From positions 186,001 through 250,000 of the forward strand of contig NW_026926499.1 in the NCBI RefSeq assembly GCF_032062105.1: a stretch of DNA of 64,000 nucleotides. The letters run 5' to 3'. The stretch's first letter is position 1; the number at the start of each line of letters is the position of its first letter. The notes beneath the pieces are model-generated. The model worked only from the letters and a program-made list of their open reading frames with translations, was not told the origin of the DNA and did no database searches. Positions 61,912-64,000 of this stretch are shown one piece after another. The DNA is from Saccostrea cucullata. Lineage: Eukaryota. The translations under genes and the position numbers were made by a program.

Positions 61912-63862
61912 ATGACCCATTCTGGAGTGAAATGGACTGCCATAGTCTTAACGACAGCCAGCAAAGAGTGGACGTATGCTTTTCAGAAAGGTAAGCATTG
62001 ATGTTTGTATAAAATTTTCAAGAAATCTGCATCAACATGCAGATCTCCAAATGTTAATTTCTGAAATATAACAAGATAGTTTAGGACAGAAGAACTTAAC
62101 TTACACTTTTAATAGAAATTGTATAATTCATAACATTTATATTAAGAATTTTTGTTAAAATCGAAGTAGCCAAAATCTCTTTGCAAATGACTACCGGAAG
62201 TGATATTTGAGTACTAAACTATGAAAAAATGAGGACAGAACTTTTTTCCGGATTGGTCTCCGCAATACCAACTTTTTATTTTATCAAAAATACAATAAAA
62301 TTAGCCATGCGGCTACCTCAAAATGGATGCACGCAAGCCTGAGAACCAGAATTTCAATTTTATTTAGCCTTAGCACAATCACTGGGTATTGAGCTGGTTG
62401 TGTATTTCAGAATTAGCATTACACACTTCTGACCATATATTGTGTTAATGATTTTTTAGCAGTATTCATGAATGAACTCATTGTTGACCACACCAGAATT
62501 AAGCCCGCATTTTAAAGTACATACTGTAAAATCATTTACCGGTACATTTATTGGGTCAAAATTTCATTTGTGGGGATTTGATTTCGTGGATGAAGAACTT
62601 TTTAGTAGTTGTGCATCTGAAATTTTACATTTCGTGGTTGGCATAAATTTGTGGGTCTCTTCATACCTCGAAAACAACGAAAATTAAACCACCACGAAAA
62701 TTTAATGATTTCATAGTATACAGTGAATTAATTCAACTTAAGATTAATAAGTGTGTTTTGTTTTAAAACAGAGTTGGAGTTGCGGCAAGCTAAAGGATAC
62801 TTAGATAAGGATGTAATTGTCCTAACTGTGGAGGATCCAAAAAATAATGTGGGGAGTGGAGGTGCCACTGTTAATGCTCTGCTAACCATCACAGAATACA
62901 TCAGTGCTCAAAAGGGGCATTCAGTGAGTTAGTCAGGGGGGTATCATGATCTATGGTAGCACAGGATAAAACTGTTGATTGAACAGAAAAAAATGGACTA
63001 ATTTCAATTTTCTTGTTACTACAAGACATTCTTCAAAGTGGGAGTAAAAAAGGTTCATTCAATTTTTTTTTCCAGTTTTTCCAGAAAGAGAGAGAGAGAG
63101 GAGAGAATTATTTTGAAAAAATAATTATAAGATGATCCCTGTCAGTTATTACAGTGTTATGAACAACTGGGAAGTTTAATCAAATAAGTGTGCTAATTTA
63201 TATTTTGTCCAAAAAATTTACACTCAACTTATAGTGTTACTCCAAACTCGCTATGCAAAAAGTCATGGCGATTTTTGAAATAGAGTTATTCATCTTTAAT
63301 CATTAATTAAGCAAGAAAGTGAACTGAATATTAGCCCTTTATTTCCTTAAGGTGATCAGCGCTGAAGTTTTGGAGGAATCCTGGGTCTTAATATTACACA
63401 GCGTAAGTTTTAGAACAGACACATTTACATGGTTATTAGGAACATTGGTGTTAATATTACACAGCCTAAGATTTATAGAACAGGGACACATTTACATGGT
63501 TATTAGGAACATTGTACCAGTAATCTAGTGACACATTTAAAAAAAGTTGACTGTACAAGTTATATTTTGACATATTTAAAAATGCCAATTATGACATCAA
63601 ATATACAATAAAATGTTAAAGATGTCATAGTTCCCACATATTTCAGCTTTATCTTGCAAAAATGTCTTTAATTCCTTAATATTCATTCTCATTGTGTAAG
63701 TTTGAAGGTCATTTAAATGCTATTATTTTTACATAGGGCCGGCACTACCCCTACGACCAGTGTGGGAGGGGATTTGTGACCCTCCCTGCTCAGTACGTGA
63801 CCCCTGAGTATGATGGACTGATTTGTAACATTGACATACTTATCAAGAACATAACAGAAAAG
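61912..63862 (+). CDS. FCSK: L-fucose kinase, 5' part; exons 61912-61990, 62772-62923, 63352-63402, 63737-63862 (continues beyond the window)
   Basis: MTHSGVKWTAIVLT..AFQK|ELELRQ..LTVEDPKNNVGSGGATVNALL|VISAEVLEESWVLILHS|GRHYPYDQCGRGFVTLP matches the recalled N-terminus of animal fucose kinase; exon phases are consistent. Confidence 0.92.
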
Positions 63863-64000
63863 GCAAGCAATTAGATCTACAACATTTCTTTTATACTTAT
63901 TTTTTGGTCATTGGTTTCTTTCACGTTTTACTAATGCAGTTCATTAAATATTTAGTACCGGGGTATGTTCATTTTGATTTGCTTTATTTTTTGCCAAATT

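Overview
AT-rich, intron-containing animal genomic DNA. A 166-bp Cg170-type satellite inside Helentron-like repeats and the SINE/MITE content point to a bivalve, most likely an oyster (inference). Recognisable host genes are a secreted C-type lectin (runs off the left edge), ZNF507, DAD1, ASTE1 and the 5' exons of L-fucose kinase (FCSK). 17.0-28.3 kb is a nest of transposons around an intact BEL/Pao LTR retrotransposon. The main observation is 29-53 kb: three tandem copies of a ~7.6-8 kb unit, each holding TWO spliced PB1-domain genes head-to-head on a ~650-bp mirror-symmetric promoter. The ORF track shows them only as fragments. The large gene (620-625 aa) has a p62-like PB1 with both basic and acidic faces plus a long Arg/Cys-rich tail. 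The small gene (193 aa) has a PB1 that appears to keep only the acidic face plus a short Arg-rich tail. Copy 3 of the small gene is hit by a young gag-only Gypsy-type LTR element, whose Gag carries two predicted membrane segments, and by a 92-bp hairpin insertion. Exon structures were assembled by eye from splice signals and phase; no database searches were run.
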